Of a stretch of DNA of 64,000 nucleotides, positions 37,000 to 47,361 are shown one piece after another; within the stretch, counting starts at the first letter, position 1, and each line of letters starts with the position of its first letter. The translations under genes were made by a program, and so were the position numbers. The stretch covers positions 51,398,001 through 51,462,000 of the forward strand of contig NC_043007.1 of NCBI RefSeq assembly GCF_006345805.1, read 5' to 3'. Below the pieces are notes generated by a model that saw only the letters and a program-made list of their open reading frames with translations, was not told where the DNA came from and did not search any database. Source of the stretch: Octopus sinensis. Its lineage: Eukaryota.

Positions 37000-37660
37000 T
37001 ATCCCACAAAGCTTTCGCAACGGCAGTTCAGGTACCAAGAGAATGGACAACTGAGGAAATCTGGAACTTAAATATTTGATGAAGGAGGACACTGAGAATG
37101 ACTGATACCTTCTCCACCAATAGTAATGCCAACGGAATCTGTGTTAAACAGAAGCATGTTGGCAGAGATGCAAAAGCCTTCCAGTCGCCTTTGAGTGTCA
37201 CATTTGTCACTTAGCATAAACTGAACAGTAATGAGAGAAATATGCATATCATATGTTAGCATCTTGCGGTTAGATGAAGAACTCATAAACAGGTACTCTT
37301 AGTGTATAACTGCTCTGTGTGAACCAAGAATGTCTGGAGCGTCCTCATTACACAGTAAGTTGAAGGTGAAATACTCACAACATAACACCAGAAAGTTGTA
37401 CATGGTTACATATACTGAGAGTTAGAGAATACCAACAACACTGACAAGAGCAGTAACTTCAATTGGTCCTGTGGTAAATATATCACATCCAACCAAGGAG
37501 GATATGACAAGAGACAGGTACTAAATACCTGGTCAACAAAAGAGATAAGGATGTAAAAAAAAGTGTCGACTGTGCCACGCCAGTATAGAAAATACCACTC
37601 ACAATCATCCATGAATTCCGTAACGTATTACTTTCTCATGTGATATGATATTGCTGCCTA
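37000..37660 (+). mobile_element. Highly decayed RLE-type non-LTR fragment (R4-like, different family)
   Basis: QETGTKYLVNKRDKD, frameshift, KCRLCHASIENTTH, then YYFLM*YDIAA, resembling CRLC..E..H..C..YY..RHD. Confidence 0.5.
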
Positions 37661-37836
37661 ATCCGTTTGCAATACGATTCACTGGAAGGCTTGTCTTGAT
37701 AGTCATATAAAAGGCACATAGGAACTAGAATGTATTCCCACATTTAAAAGTAAGGAAAACTGATGGAATATTAAAAACAGCAAACAAGTACAACCACATC
37801 AGAGCTGACTTGTTCTATGGGACATCACAGATATCT

Positions 37837-38353
37837 CTATATATATAAAACTGAGAATGTGTGTCTGTCTGTCTGTGTGTTTCCCTAAAACTTAAGAACT
37901 ACACAACCAATTTCATTCAAATTTTACACATGCCTTACTTAGGGTCCATGCAGTTTCATAGGCAAAAACAATGTTCAACTTCTTGCCTAGGACGAGCCCA
38001 TAGCAATATCATATCTTCTCCACTATTTCAGTATTACGTGTTAAAAGTGAAACAAAAACATCTCTCTATTTTATGTCAGATACTTTCACTTTAACAATAA
38101 AAATTAGAGATAATAATAACAATTGAATTATATGTAGTAAGTAATAATTAAAATCAAACTAAAGTATAATATAATCGTAACATAACAAAAGTTAAAATAG
38201 CAATTGCTATAAAATTGCATGAGTGACTTGGTTTCACATGAAGGGGAATAAATCAAAAATAAAATTAGTGTGCAGAAATGGAATAGTCCAGATGGAGCTG
38301 TGCACATACCGTTTACCACGGCTTTTACATTAGATTATCTGCTAATTAGCTAG
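37837..38353 (+). mobile_element. Non-autonomous Helitron/Helentron-like element
   Basis: Starts TCTATATATATAAAA, then (GTCT)n and CAACCAATTTCATTCAAATTTTACAC; possible CTAG end near 38350 (end uncertain). Confidence 0.5.
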
Positions 38354-38769
38354 CATTATCTATATGAAGTTTGGCTGTATGTAATGTCTGTTTTATCGAA
38401 CAGCCGCTTCTACTGAGTACTGCTGTTGGTTTATTTCTTATACATAAAGGACTATAGCTTCAACTGCGTACTGCTTTTTGATTCACCGTAAGGTTTGTTA
38501 TTATTACTACTGTTTAACTATTGTTATCACGTTTGTTGGTTCCTCGTAAGGGAAACGTTGTTGTGTTGCATTTGTTAAATAACTGTAAACCATAACCCTC
38601 CCCTTTTGGGAGAAGGAGTTTTGGTTATTGTTTAAAAATTGAATTGTAGCCCTGTTTGGGGAAATTGACAATATTTCCCCCGTTTATACGGAAGCATTTT
38701 TGTTAGAATGCCTTCGATAGAAGAAAGTCCAAAAATGAATTTCGCTGCAGCCGTCGGCGGGCGCGATTT

Positions 38770-39230
38770 CATTAAAATTAAAATGGAAGAAATACAAACC
38801 TATTTCGGATTGATCACCGACAAAGACGGTGAATCTAGGATAACATCACCAAACGAAATAAAAAATTAAATTAAAGAAAAGACTATTGTCTATGAAGTAT
38901 GCAATGTAGAGGAAAAAAAGATTTGAACACCTGGAGGAAAGCACCATCGAAAAGTGTCTTGGTGCGACTATGAAAGATATCTAACCAGAGGCGGTAAATT
39001 CGCCACAATAGAAGCAAGGTTCGAGTCAACCTAGAAGGGAGTACTCGACTCGGACCTTGCAAAGTGGAAATATATTATTTTTACCTTTATATCTGGGACG
39101 TAGGACATCCCGGATAAAAATTTAAAATGTCCCCCCAGAAGTAGAGGTAGGCTGGATTGTAGCCACACTTCTATACAAGAGGGAGGACAAGATACAATTG
39201 ATCGAAATTGCAAGAGACGGGCCTACAATT
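38770..39230 (+). pseudogene. Distant Tx1-like ORF1 relic
   Basis: RGGKFATIEARFES and LYLGRRTSRIKI*NVPPEVEVGWIVATL parallel RGVKYATVRLLFDT and TYYGRR..ARLCGLPPGIKPEWIEETI of copies 1 and 2. Confidence 0.55.
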
Positions 39231-39368
39231 CCAGTTTGTTATATATTTTGACTATTGTTATCACTAGCGATATCAAGATATAACTTTGTACTTTGTATTT
39301 TATGTGTAGATGTATATATATAGATGTACATGTAATATGTACACATGTATATACACATATATACATGC

Positions 39369-39409
39369 ACTAGCACTATGACCCGGCAATGAAGGGTCAT
39401 AATGCTAGT
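39369..39409. other. 16-bp hairpin ending in CTAGT (Helitron-terminus-like remnant)
   Basis: ACTAGCACTATGACCC-GGCAATGAA-GGGTCATAATGCTAGT, one mismatch. Confidence 0.7.
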
Positions 39410-40032
39410 ATATATATATGTATGTGAATGCGTGTGCACATATATATACATATGCCTAAATACATACATGCACATACATTTATATGAATATAAACGCGCG
39501 CGCGCGACACACACACATACATATACATGCATCCATATGTACATATGCATAAATACTTATAAGTACATCCATATATGTAGACTTGTACATACATTTACAT
39601 ACATGCACATACGTATACGTACATACATATACATACGTATGCATATGTTCATGATGTTGACATGAAGTGTAGCCCCTCTTGGAATCAAGAACATGGTATA
39701 GTTACACATCCTAAAAGGTTATATTTTTGTAATCCAAGTCCAAGATATAGCTGCGAAATATCTAATGAACAAATGAGACAGTGAAGTCCTCAATTTACCA
39801 AAAGACAACTGTAATTATCGATTACGTCACTTTACTTCAGAAAACATTACACATGTGACCAGCAGCTTATCTTAAACGTCATCGACGTATTAGCTCCCAC
39901 TACAACGTACTTTAGAAGAAGAAGGACATGCGATCCAACGAAAAGGCTGACCATATTAGAAGGCCCTACTGGATAGCGACTTTACTGATAAACTTTTCTA
40001 GAACCCGCCCCCCACCTTCTCTATCATCGAGT

Positions 40033-40190
40033 CGTAAGAATAGGTCTCAGAAACTTTTATGGTTTAACCTCTCCTATCTCCCTTAATGTTAAGACAAGTA
40101 TAGGTAGAAGATTCTTGCACCTAGTGAATATACACTTCCCTAGAACCGATGGATACAATAAAATGTTTAACAAACACGATTAAAATTACT
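40033..40190 (+). pseudogene. Penelope-like RT-to-endonuclease linker fragment
   Basis: RKNRSQKLLWFNLSY/SLNVKTSIGRRFLHLVNIHFPR matches the recalled PLE pattern IIWFNPP.S.NV.TNIG..FL.L...HFP. Confidence 0.7.
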
Positions 40191-40430
40191 TTTTTTATCC
40201 CTCTAATGTTAAGTCATCCGAGGAGAGCGGTTTCTTTCAAATTGATGTAATGTTCTCATTCATCGATTAAATGGAGCCGCTTGAAACGGCCGTAATGCAT
40301 TGTTACCAGGACATTCTTGTTATTTGTTTGCGATTTATTCACCTAACGAGCTGTACGGATTATACCAAACTGGCTTGGTGCGTCAATTTAAGTACCTAAT
40401 CCAGCTGAATATTAATTATATATATATGAT

Positions 40431-40598
40431 GGGCTTCTTTCAATTTCCGTCTACCAAACCCACTCATAAGGATTTGGTCGACCCGAGGCTATTGTAGAAG
40501 ACAGTTACCTAAGGTGCCACGCAGTGGGACTGAACCCAGAACCATGTGGTGAAGTATGTGGGGAAGTAAGCATCTTATTACATAACCACTTCTGCGCC
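40431..40598 (-). mobile_element. SINE family A
   Basis: Minus strand GGCGCAGAAGTGG...GGGTTCAGTCCCACTGCGTGGCACC...GAAAGAAGCCC. Confidence 0.85.
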
Positions 40599-40609
40599 GA
40601 TATATATAT

Positions 40610-41461
40610 ACTAGCTGATGTACCCGGTAATTCTCGGGAAAGCAGGGCTTATCCATTGGTTCCGTTCTCTTAAATGTTTCGCTAATCCAATAATAACAAT
40701 ACAAAGTATGTACCCCTTAAAACGATTTTTGTGCATTTACAGAGAATACCGAACTGACTTACGCAAAATCTTGTTTTAAGAAATTCCCAATAAGTTATGA
40801 ATACCCAAATTGTGAAGTCAGTTATGCAATAACATGAAATTAGTTACCCGATAGTAAGAATTCAAATATATTAGCCCCGAAAAGGGGTTTAATGCGTTCC
40901 CATAGTATATAGAACATAGGAGGAAATAATAATAAGGTATGTATGTTAAAATCGTGAAGCATGTTACGTAATAACAGGTTAATTAGATATGAGATAATAA
41001 TAATTCAAAGTAAGTAACTCAGAAAAGTGCTTTTGTGCATTCCCAGAGAATATTACCATCAGGGGCGCTAGTGTTGGTATATTCGTGAATAAGTCATTAA
41101 CCGAAATAAGTGGATCTATTGTTTAGAAAAATATTATTTATTTGTTCAGGGTTGTACTGAACAAATTGCGAAAATAACTCTAACAGTCCAAATACTAAGA
41201 GATACGCATACTCAATTTCATTTTTACCAAATAATTTAGGAAAATGAATGGGGTATTTTCCTTGGCTATATATATATAAGGATCCCTTCCAGGGGCCCTA
41301 TTATCAATTGTTTTCAACAATCTGCGTATGCCATGAGGTTTCCAGATATGAATTCTACTCACGTGTCAAGTTTCATCAAAATCGATAAAACGATGTAGGA
41401 GGAGTTACCTGACAACTCCACAAACACACCCACAGACGAAATTTCCTACATATACAGTAGA
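40610..41461 (-). mobile_element. Non-autonomous Helitron-like element (~850 bp)
   Basis: 5' TC start (TCTACTG); 3' short hairpin CCCG-N8-CGGG followed by CTAG(T). Confidence 0.7.
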
Positions 41462-41474
41462 TATATAAATATTT

Positions 41475-41703
41475 CCTTCTTGAGCCATGCCAGGCTCATA
41501 AGGGCTGGTTTCCCAGTTTCCATGGCGTATATATTTCCCACCTGGATGAGACGCCGGTCCGTAACAAAATTACTCATTTTTGCCCGCAACGTGAAATGAA
41601 GTGATTTGCTCAAGAATACAACGCATCGCCTGGTCCAGGAATCGAAGTCTCAATCTTACGATCATGGGTCTAACGCCATAACAACTAAGCTACGCGCCTC
41701 CAC
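41475..41703 (-). mobile_element. tRNA-derived SINE family B
   Basis: A box TAGCTTAGTTG, B box ACTTCGATTCC, non-tRNA body. Confidence 0.75.
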
Positions 41704-42591
41704 ACACGCGCACACACACAAACACACACATAGGCATAAAAAGAAATTATATGCCCGAAAACATTTATACACACATTCGTACATGTATACACGTATACAT
41801 GCATCTGTACATGCATATATATCATTGTCAGAATCATACATTATATCACGCGATCTCATTTTCCATTTTCTTTATTCAATATCCCTTCATTTGACTTACA
41901 CTGACTTATTACATACATTCAGAAGTACACCTACCTGCGTTTATCGCTTTCGCACCTAAACACACACTTACCCATGCGCACACACATGCAAACACGCACA
42001 CACACCCGCACGCACGTAGCGCGTGCACACGCACACACACATACACTCAAACGTTGAGAAAGGAATTACATAGATATATACACGAACGTAGAGAAACAAA
42101 CATAAACACACCAGAGAACACATATAACTACAATAAATCTTAAACCGTCACGCGGCATATGGAACGTGTGTACCTGGATCAGGACATTATTTCTAAAGGT
42201 GTCAAACAAGATGTAACCATAGTAGGAGGTTAGTTTGTCTTACACTATGTGTATAATGTATATGTAGTTGTTTAATATTATGTATCTGTATATATATATG
42301 AGGAGGGGTCGATTATGGCCTGGGTTAGCTCATCGTTTTTCAGTCAATTAGTTATATAAAAAATCTCGCTTTAAATCGGAGTATATATATGATGATATAT
42401 TATTATATAGTTATTATTATATATGTGTGTGTGTGTGCGTATGTGCACGTACTCAAACACACATATATGCATACATACACACACATGTATAATTAATTAC
42501 AAAAAAAAAGAAAAAATCAAGAGAAACCAACAACGCGAGTACGTGGTGCACGCAAAGTATTAATAAGACGGTCTGAGAAAGAAAGAGTGGT

Positions 42592-42628
42592 TGTTTGACG
42601 TTTCGAGCAAGGCTCTGCTTCGGAAACA
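42592..42628 (-). ncRNA. Degenerate minimal hammerhead ribozyme
   Basis: UGUUU-CCGAAGCA-GAGC-CUU-GCUC-GAAAC-GUC-AAACA: stems intact, core mutated. Confidence 0.5.
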
Positions 42629-43519
42629 GGAAATACTCACACGCACATGCACACACCCCACACATGCACATACGAACACACAGACACACACACACACACA
42701 CCCAAGAGAAGAGGAAGAAGGAGAAAAAATCGCCGACAGTCCATGTGTAGTTACATTTTGAAATGAGCGAAAGTAGATGGAGAAAGAAAAAGTGCTTGCA
42801 GAGACAGGAGGGTGTGAAGAATGGTTGGTATCTGTGTGCGTGTATGTGTGGTTGTACGTGTGTGTGGCAGTAACTGTGCGTGTGTACGTGTTTGTGTGCG
42901 TGTGTGTGCATGTGTGTGTGCGTGTGTGTGTGTGTGTGCGCGCGCGTGTGGTGCGTGTGTGTGATACAGTGTGTGTGTAGAGTAGCGTGTGTGTGCGCGG
43001 TAGCGTGTGTGAATAGTGAGGTATTAACGGTATACATGTATTTATGTGAGAGATCTGTGTGTGTCTGTTAATGTCGTAGTGAGAGGTCAGCAGCTATCGT
43101 ATCAGGTGTATCCATGGGTGGTTGTGTGTTTTTGCACATGTGCATAGATGGGGTGGTCAGTAGTACTTGGGGCAGTATAAAGGTGTTTGAAAGCAATCTG
43201 AAGAGGGTGCGTGTATTTGTATGAGTGTGGAAGTGAATGTATGTGCGTGTATGTGTATGTTGTGTATGTGGAGGTATATGTGCGTTCATATGTGTGCGTG
43301 TGTATGTGAAAGTGTATGTACGAGCGTGTATGAGTGTATGTGTATGTGTTTGCGTTGTGTGTATATGTATATTGTGTGTAGAAGTTGTGTGTGTGCGTGC
43401 GTGCGTGAGAGGGAGAGGGTGAGTGGTGTGTGATGGATGGTGGGTGGATGGTGCTGTGTGGTATAGGAATAGGGGGTAAAAGACTAATACAAATAATAAA
43501 TAGTACAACTAATTTATAT

Positions 43520-43690
43520 AGGAGCACAACTGGGTGTGTTGTAAGTAGCTTGCTTACCAACGGCATGATTCCGGGTGCAGTCCCATTACGTGGCACCTTG
43601 GACAAGTGCCTTCTACTATAGCCTCGGGCCGACCGGAAGCCTTGTGAGTGGATTTGGTTGACGGAAACTGAAAGAAGCCAGTCGTGTATA
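43520..43690 (+). mobile_element. SINE family A
   Basis: GTAAGTAGCTTGCTTACCAAC...GGGTGCAGTCC...GAAACTGAAAGAAGCC, then a short (TA)n tail. Confidence 0.85.
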
Positions 43691-43695
43691 TATAT

Positions 43696-43797
43696 GCTTA
43701 CGGCCATATCACGTTGAAAGCACCGGTTCTCGTCCGATCACCGAGCCTAGTCAGTACTTAGATGGGTGACCGCTTGGGAAACCTAAGTGCAGTAAGC
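43696..43797 (+). pseudogene. 5S rRNA: 5S rRNA pseudogene with an internal deletion of about 16 nt
   Basis: GCTTACGGCCATATCACGTTGAAAGCACCGGTTCTCGTCCGATCACC/GAGCC...AGTACTTAGATGGGTGACCGCTTGGGAA...GTAAGC; 102 nt against ~119 nt for intact 5S. Confidence 0.92.
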
Positions 43798-43813
43798 GTA
43801 ACACATTCTTTAA

Positions 43814-44113
43814 GTGGAGGCGCAATGGCCCAGTGGTTAGGGCAGCAGACTCGCGGTGTAGGATCGCGGTTTCGATTCCCAGACCGGGCGTTGTGAGTGT
43901 TTATTGAGCGAAAACACCCAAAGCACCACGAGGCTCCGGCAGGGGGTGGTGGCGATCCCTGCTGTACTTTCGCCACAACTTTCTCTCGCCCTTTCTTCTG
44001 TTGGCCTGCTCGCTTAGCCAGCAGGGTGGCGTCATTTGAATGCTAAAACAATGCGAAGTGCATTGTGACCAGCGATGTGTAACAGCATGTGATAGACTGG
44101 TCGGTCACGGTGA
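43814..44113 (+). mobile_element. tRNA-derived SINE family C
   Basis: A box TGGCCCAGTGG, B box GTTTCGATTCC, ~230-nt body, (TA)n tail. Confidence 0.85.
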
Positions 44114-44129
44114 TATGTATATATATATG

Positions 44130-44168
<39 letters not shown>

Positions 44169-44264
44169 TTACTTGGAAATGGATATGATAATATAAATAA
44201 TATATATATGCATATATACATATATGCAATACCTACATATATATGTATATACACATGCATATAT

Positions 44265-44800
44265 GGGTACAGGACTTAAAAAAACGTGAAGAAAATGAAA
44301 AATGGGAACATAAAAAACAAAAATGTTGAAAACGAACTTTTCTTCGAACAACGAAAGAAACAAATGGAGAAACTAGACAGGCAACATAAAGATTAATCCC
44401 TTCATCTGTTGTTCCCTGTTTTATCTACTCCGCGTTCCGAACGTTGGGACAAGACACGATTTCGTTAAAACAGTAGTTCCCGCAAAGCACATTAAATAAA
44501 ATTATCTTTCTGTCCCTCTCTTTTCGTCGACCCGAGTCTATAGTAGGGGACACTTCCCCAAGTAGGACTGAATCCAGAACCACTTAATTTGCTTTGCGGG
44601 AACGACTGTTTTAACGAAGTCGTGGCTTGTCTCAACGTTCGAAACGCAAGGTTGATAAAACAGGCGACAACTGATGAAGGGATTGTTCTTTATGTTGCCT
44701 ATCTCGTTTCTCTATTTGCTTCTTTCGTCGTTCGAAAAAAATTCGTTTTCTGTTTTTGTTTTTTACGTTTTTCATTTTGTTCTAGTTTTTTTACGTTCTT
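44265..44800. mobile_element. Foldback element with ~230-bp imperfect inverted arms; SINE A fragment in the spacer
   Basis: AGGCAACATAAAGA...CCCTTCATC.GTTG...CGTTAAAACAGT.GTTCCCGCAAAGC is mirrored at 44585-44800. Confidence 0.8.
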
Positions 44801-44816
44801 TACCTATATATGCATG

Positions 44817-44936
<120 letters not shown>

Positions 44937-45003
44937 CATATATATGTATGTTTTTTAAATACAAATAAATGAAAGAATGGAGTTGAACGACGAATTAACA
45001 AAA

Positions 45004-45102
45004 TTCCTTTGTTTTCGACATATGTTTCGAAGGCTGCATATTCCTAATTTCGAAGGAATAAGGGGTGCATTATGCCGCCTTCTCATCAGGAAAAACAAGG
45101 AA
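45004..45102 (-). ncRNA. Intact type I hammerhead ribozyme (mirror copy, left arm)
   Basis: Reverse complement of the right-arm ribozyme; core and stems unchanged, one substitution in the stem I internal loop. Confidence 0.85.
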
Positions 45103-45225
45103 CTTATGTCAGCATCAAGATGCACAAAAACGTTTAGATGACTGCCCACACGGAGCCCATTATCGCTATGGGCTCCGCGTGGGCAGTCATCTAAAAGCTT
45201 TTGTGCATCTTGATGCTGACATAAG

Positions 45226-45324
45226 TTCCTTGTTTTTCCTGATGAGAAGGCGGCATAATGCACCCCTTATTCCTTCGAAATTAGGAATATGCAGCCTTCG
45301 AAACATATGTCGAAAATAAAGGAA
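45226..45324 (+). ncRNA. Intact type I hammerhead ribozyme (right arm)
   Basis: Stem I UUUUC/GAAAA with extension; CUGAUGA at 45239-45245; stem II GAAGGC/GCCUUC extended; GAAAC-AUAU-GUC; predicted cleavage after 45311. Confidence 0.85.
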
Positions 45325-45550
45325 TTTTGTTAATTCGTCGTTCAACTCCATTCTTTCATTTATTTGTATTTAAAAAAAAACCCACAAATTTCCACACGAA
45401 AGCACGTGATCTCTGCTCTAGGCATGTAGCTTCAACCGTGTTTTTCTGACGTGAATTTTCTACCCAGGTATCGGTTAACCGAATTATCCATAATAAGATA
45501 ATTCATTCAACTACTCAATTATACATATATATGTAGGTATGTACATATCT

Positions 45551-45588
<38 letters not shown>

Positions 45589-45704
45589 TATATATGTAGG
45601 TATGTACATATATGTATATATGCATATATATATATATATATACATATATATATGTATATATGTATGTGTGTATGTGTGTATGTGTGTATGTATGTATGTG
45701 TATG

Positions 45705-45865
45705 TGTCTTTGTTTACGTCCCTGTAACTTAGCAGTTCGGCATAAGAGACCGATAGAATAAGTACTAGGCTTACAAATAATAAGTCCTGGGGTCGATTTG
45801 CTCAATTAAAGGAGGTGCTCTGGTATGGCCGCAGTCAAATGACTGGAACAAGTAAAAGAATAAAA
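45705..45865 (+). mobile_element. SINE-like repeat family E (3' part)
   Basis: Matches 21215-21430. Confidence 0.75.
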
Positions 45866-45869
45866 GTAA

Positions 45870-46948
45870 ATACATAAATGGCAATTTCTGTCCGTTTGTG
45901 ACTCTGTGTGTGTTTGTGAAATTGTTACTTTAACTCCACTGAGACCATCTGACCGATCTTGATGAAACTTGACACGTGTGGGGTGCTTATGCCCATGTAG
46001 TCACTTACGGACTTGGAATTTTTAAATATCTATAATTTTTAATTAGCATCGGTTTTTCAAAAATCAATATGACATTTCAATGCAAATTCTGATATGAAAG
46101 TTATTTTCTGCCATAACTTTTAAAGTTTTCAACCAATTTTCTTTGAATTTTATACACAGATCGAATATGCACTAAGGATGGGTTCAGACAAATAAATTTC
46201 TACATATATTACTCAGGCAAAGCGTAATATAAGTTTTGATCAACTGATTAATGAAATTTGGCCTAAATTGTTGTGGGGTTAAATGTTCATCAATTATTTC
46301 AGCATTCTCAAGTTGCTCTGGCATGTATTTTCTTCAGAGCAGCACTTAAAATTATCGATTCTAAACGTTGTAACGTTGTGTGCTAAAACATGTAACATGT
46401 ATTTTCTTAACACCTGCACTTACAATTGTCGGTTCTATCCGTTGCAATCGATATTTGATTCTCACGATTAGTGTCATACCTATGACACACAGTCAGTAAA
46501 TTAAGTGTTACAAGTGAATTTGCCCAAAAAGGACGAAAATCCTCATTTTTGTATCCATTTTTTTCCTCCTCATAGCATCTTATGAATCTTATGACCGCCA
46601 CGTTGTTGCCTCAGCACTCCAGCCGTTATTGTAAGTATGAAATCTCTTTTCTCTAAATAAGTTTTGTTTACTTTTCAAACTTTTATTATTTTATTGCACT
46701 CCTTTACAATTCCCCTCTTAATGTTTCCATTGATTATATATTTTCAGCTTTCCACCCATCTACCAAACGATTGCCATTTCCGATTCCACACGTATGTATT
46801 TGTATTATTGTTTCGTAAATGAATTTGCTTCTATCTTCTATTATCTGTCCTATGTCTTGATTTCATTTTCTGTCGGAGAGAAGTTAGGCATTATAATGGG
46901 TACTGGGAATATCCCCGCTCTCAGGTATTACCGGGTACCTCGGCTAGT
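45870..46948 (+). mobile_element. Non-autonomous Helitron-like element (~1.1 kb)
   Basis: Subterminal GATGAAACTTGACACGT shared with 40610-41461; ends TACCGGGTACCTCGGCTAGT. Confidence 0.65.
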
Positions 46949-47330
46949 ACAAATAATAAGTAGGAAGTGGTAAAATATAACTATAAAGGGAAGAATTGTA
47001 TGAACAAATCAGTGACAAAAATAAATGAATAAAATAAAACATAAAAATATATAAAAGTATAATAAAAATATATAAAAGTATAATAAAAATAAATAATAAA
47101 ACAATAAAATAAATAAAAATGAACTAAAAATGAAATAAAAATGAAGTAAATAAAACAGATAAAAAAATAAATTAAGATAAAAACAAAATAATAAATAGAT
47201 AAAATAAAAGGATCAAAATAAACAACTGCAATATTAACAAATTAGAAAAATGAATAAAAGTTAAAGGAGAAGAACGATAAATAATCGGTAATAAACGATA
47301 AAAGTTATTAAAAAATGAATAAAAGTTATA

Positions 47331-47361
47331 GATGTAGCTGTGTGGTAAGAGGCTTTCTTCC
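47331..47361 (+). mobile_element. SINE family A, 5' half (interrupted)
   Basis: GATGTAGCTGTGTGGTAAGAGGCTTTCTTCC. Confidence 0.8.

Larger units (their letters stand above)
44951..45377. repeat. 427-bp near-perfect palindrome (210-bp arms, 7-nt loop)
   Basis: Arms 44951-45160 and 45168-45377; loop TATCGCT; 4 mismatches found by eye. Confidence 0.95.

Noticed and set aside
42453-43707. Long ORFs rich in H/T/Y/I/C/V (also at 20-21, 33, 39, 49.5, 55 and 60-61 kb)
   Set aside because: They are translations of (CA)n, (TA)n and (TATG)n microsatellites that lack stop codons.
43814-43890. tRNA-like heads with A and B boxes (also at 41640-41703 and 21600-21673)
   Set aside because: They run into SINE bodies and lack a complete cloverleaf, so they are SINEs rather than tRNA genes.
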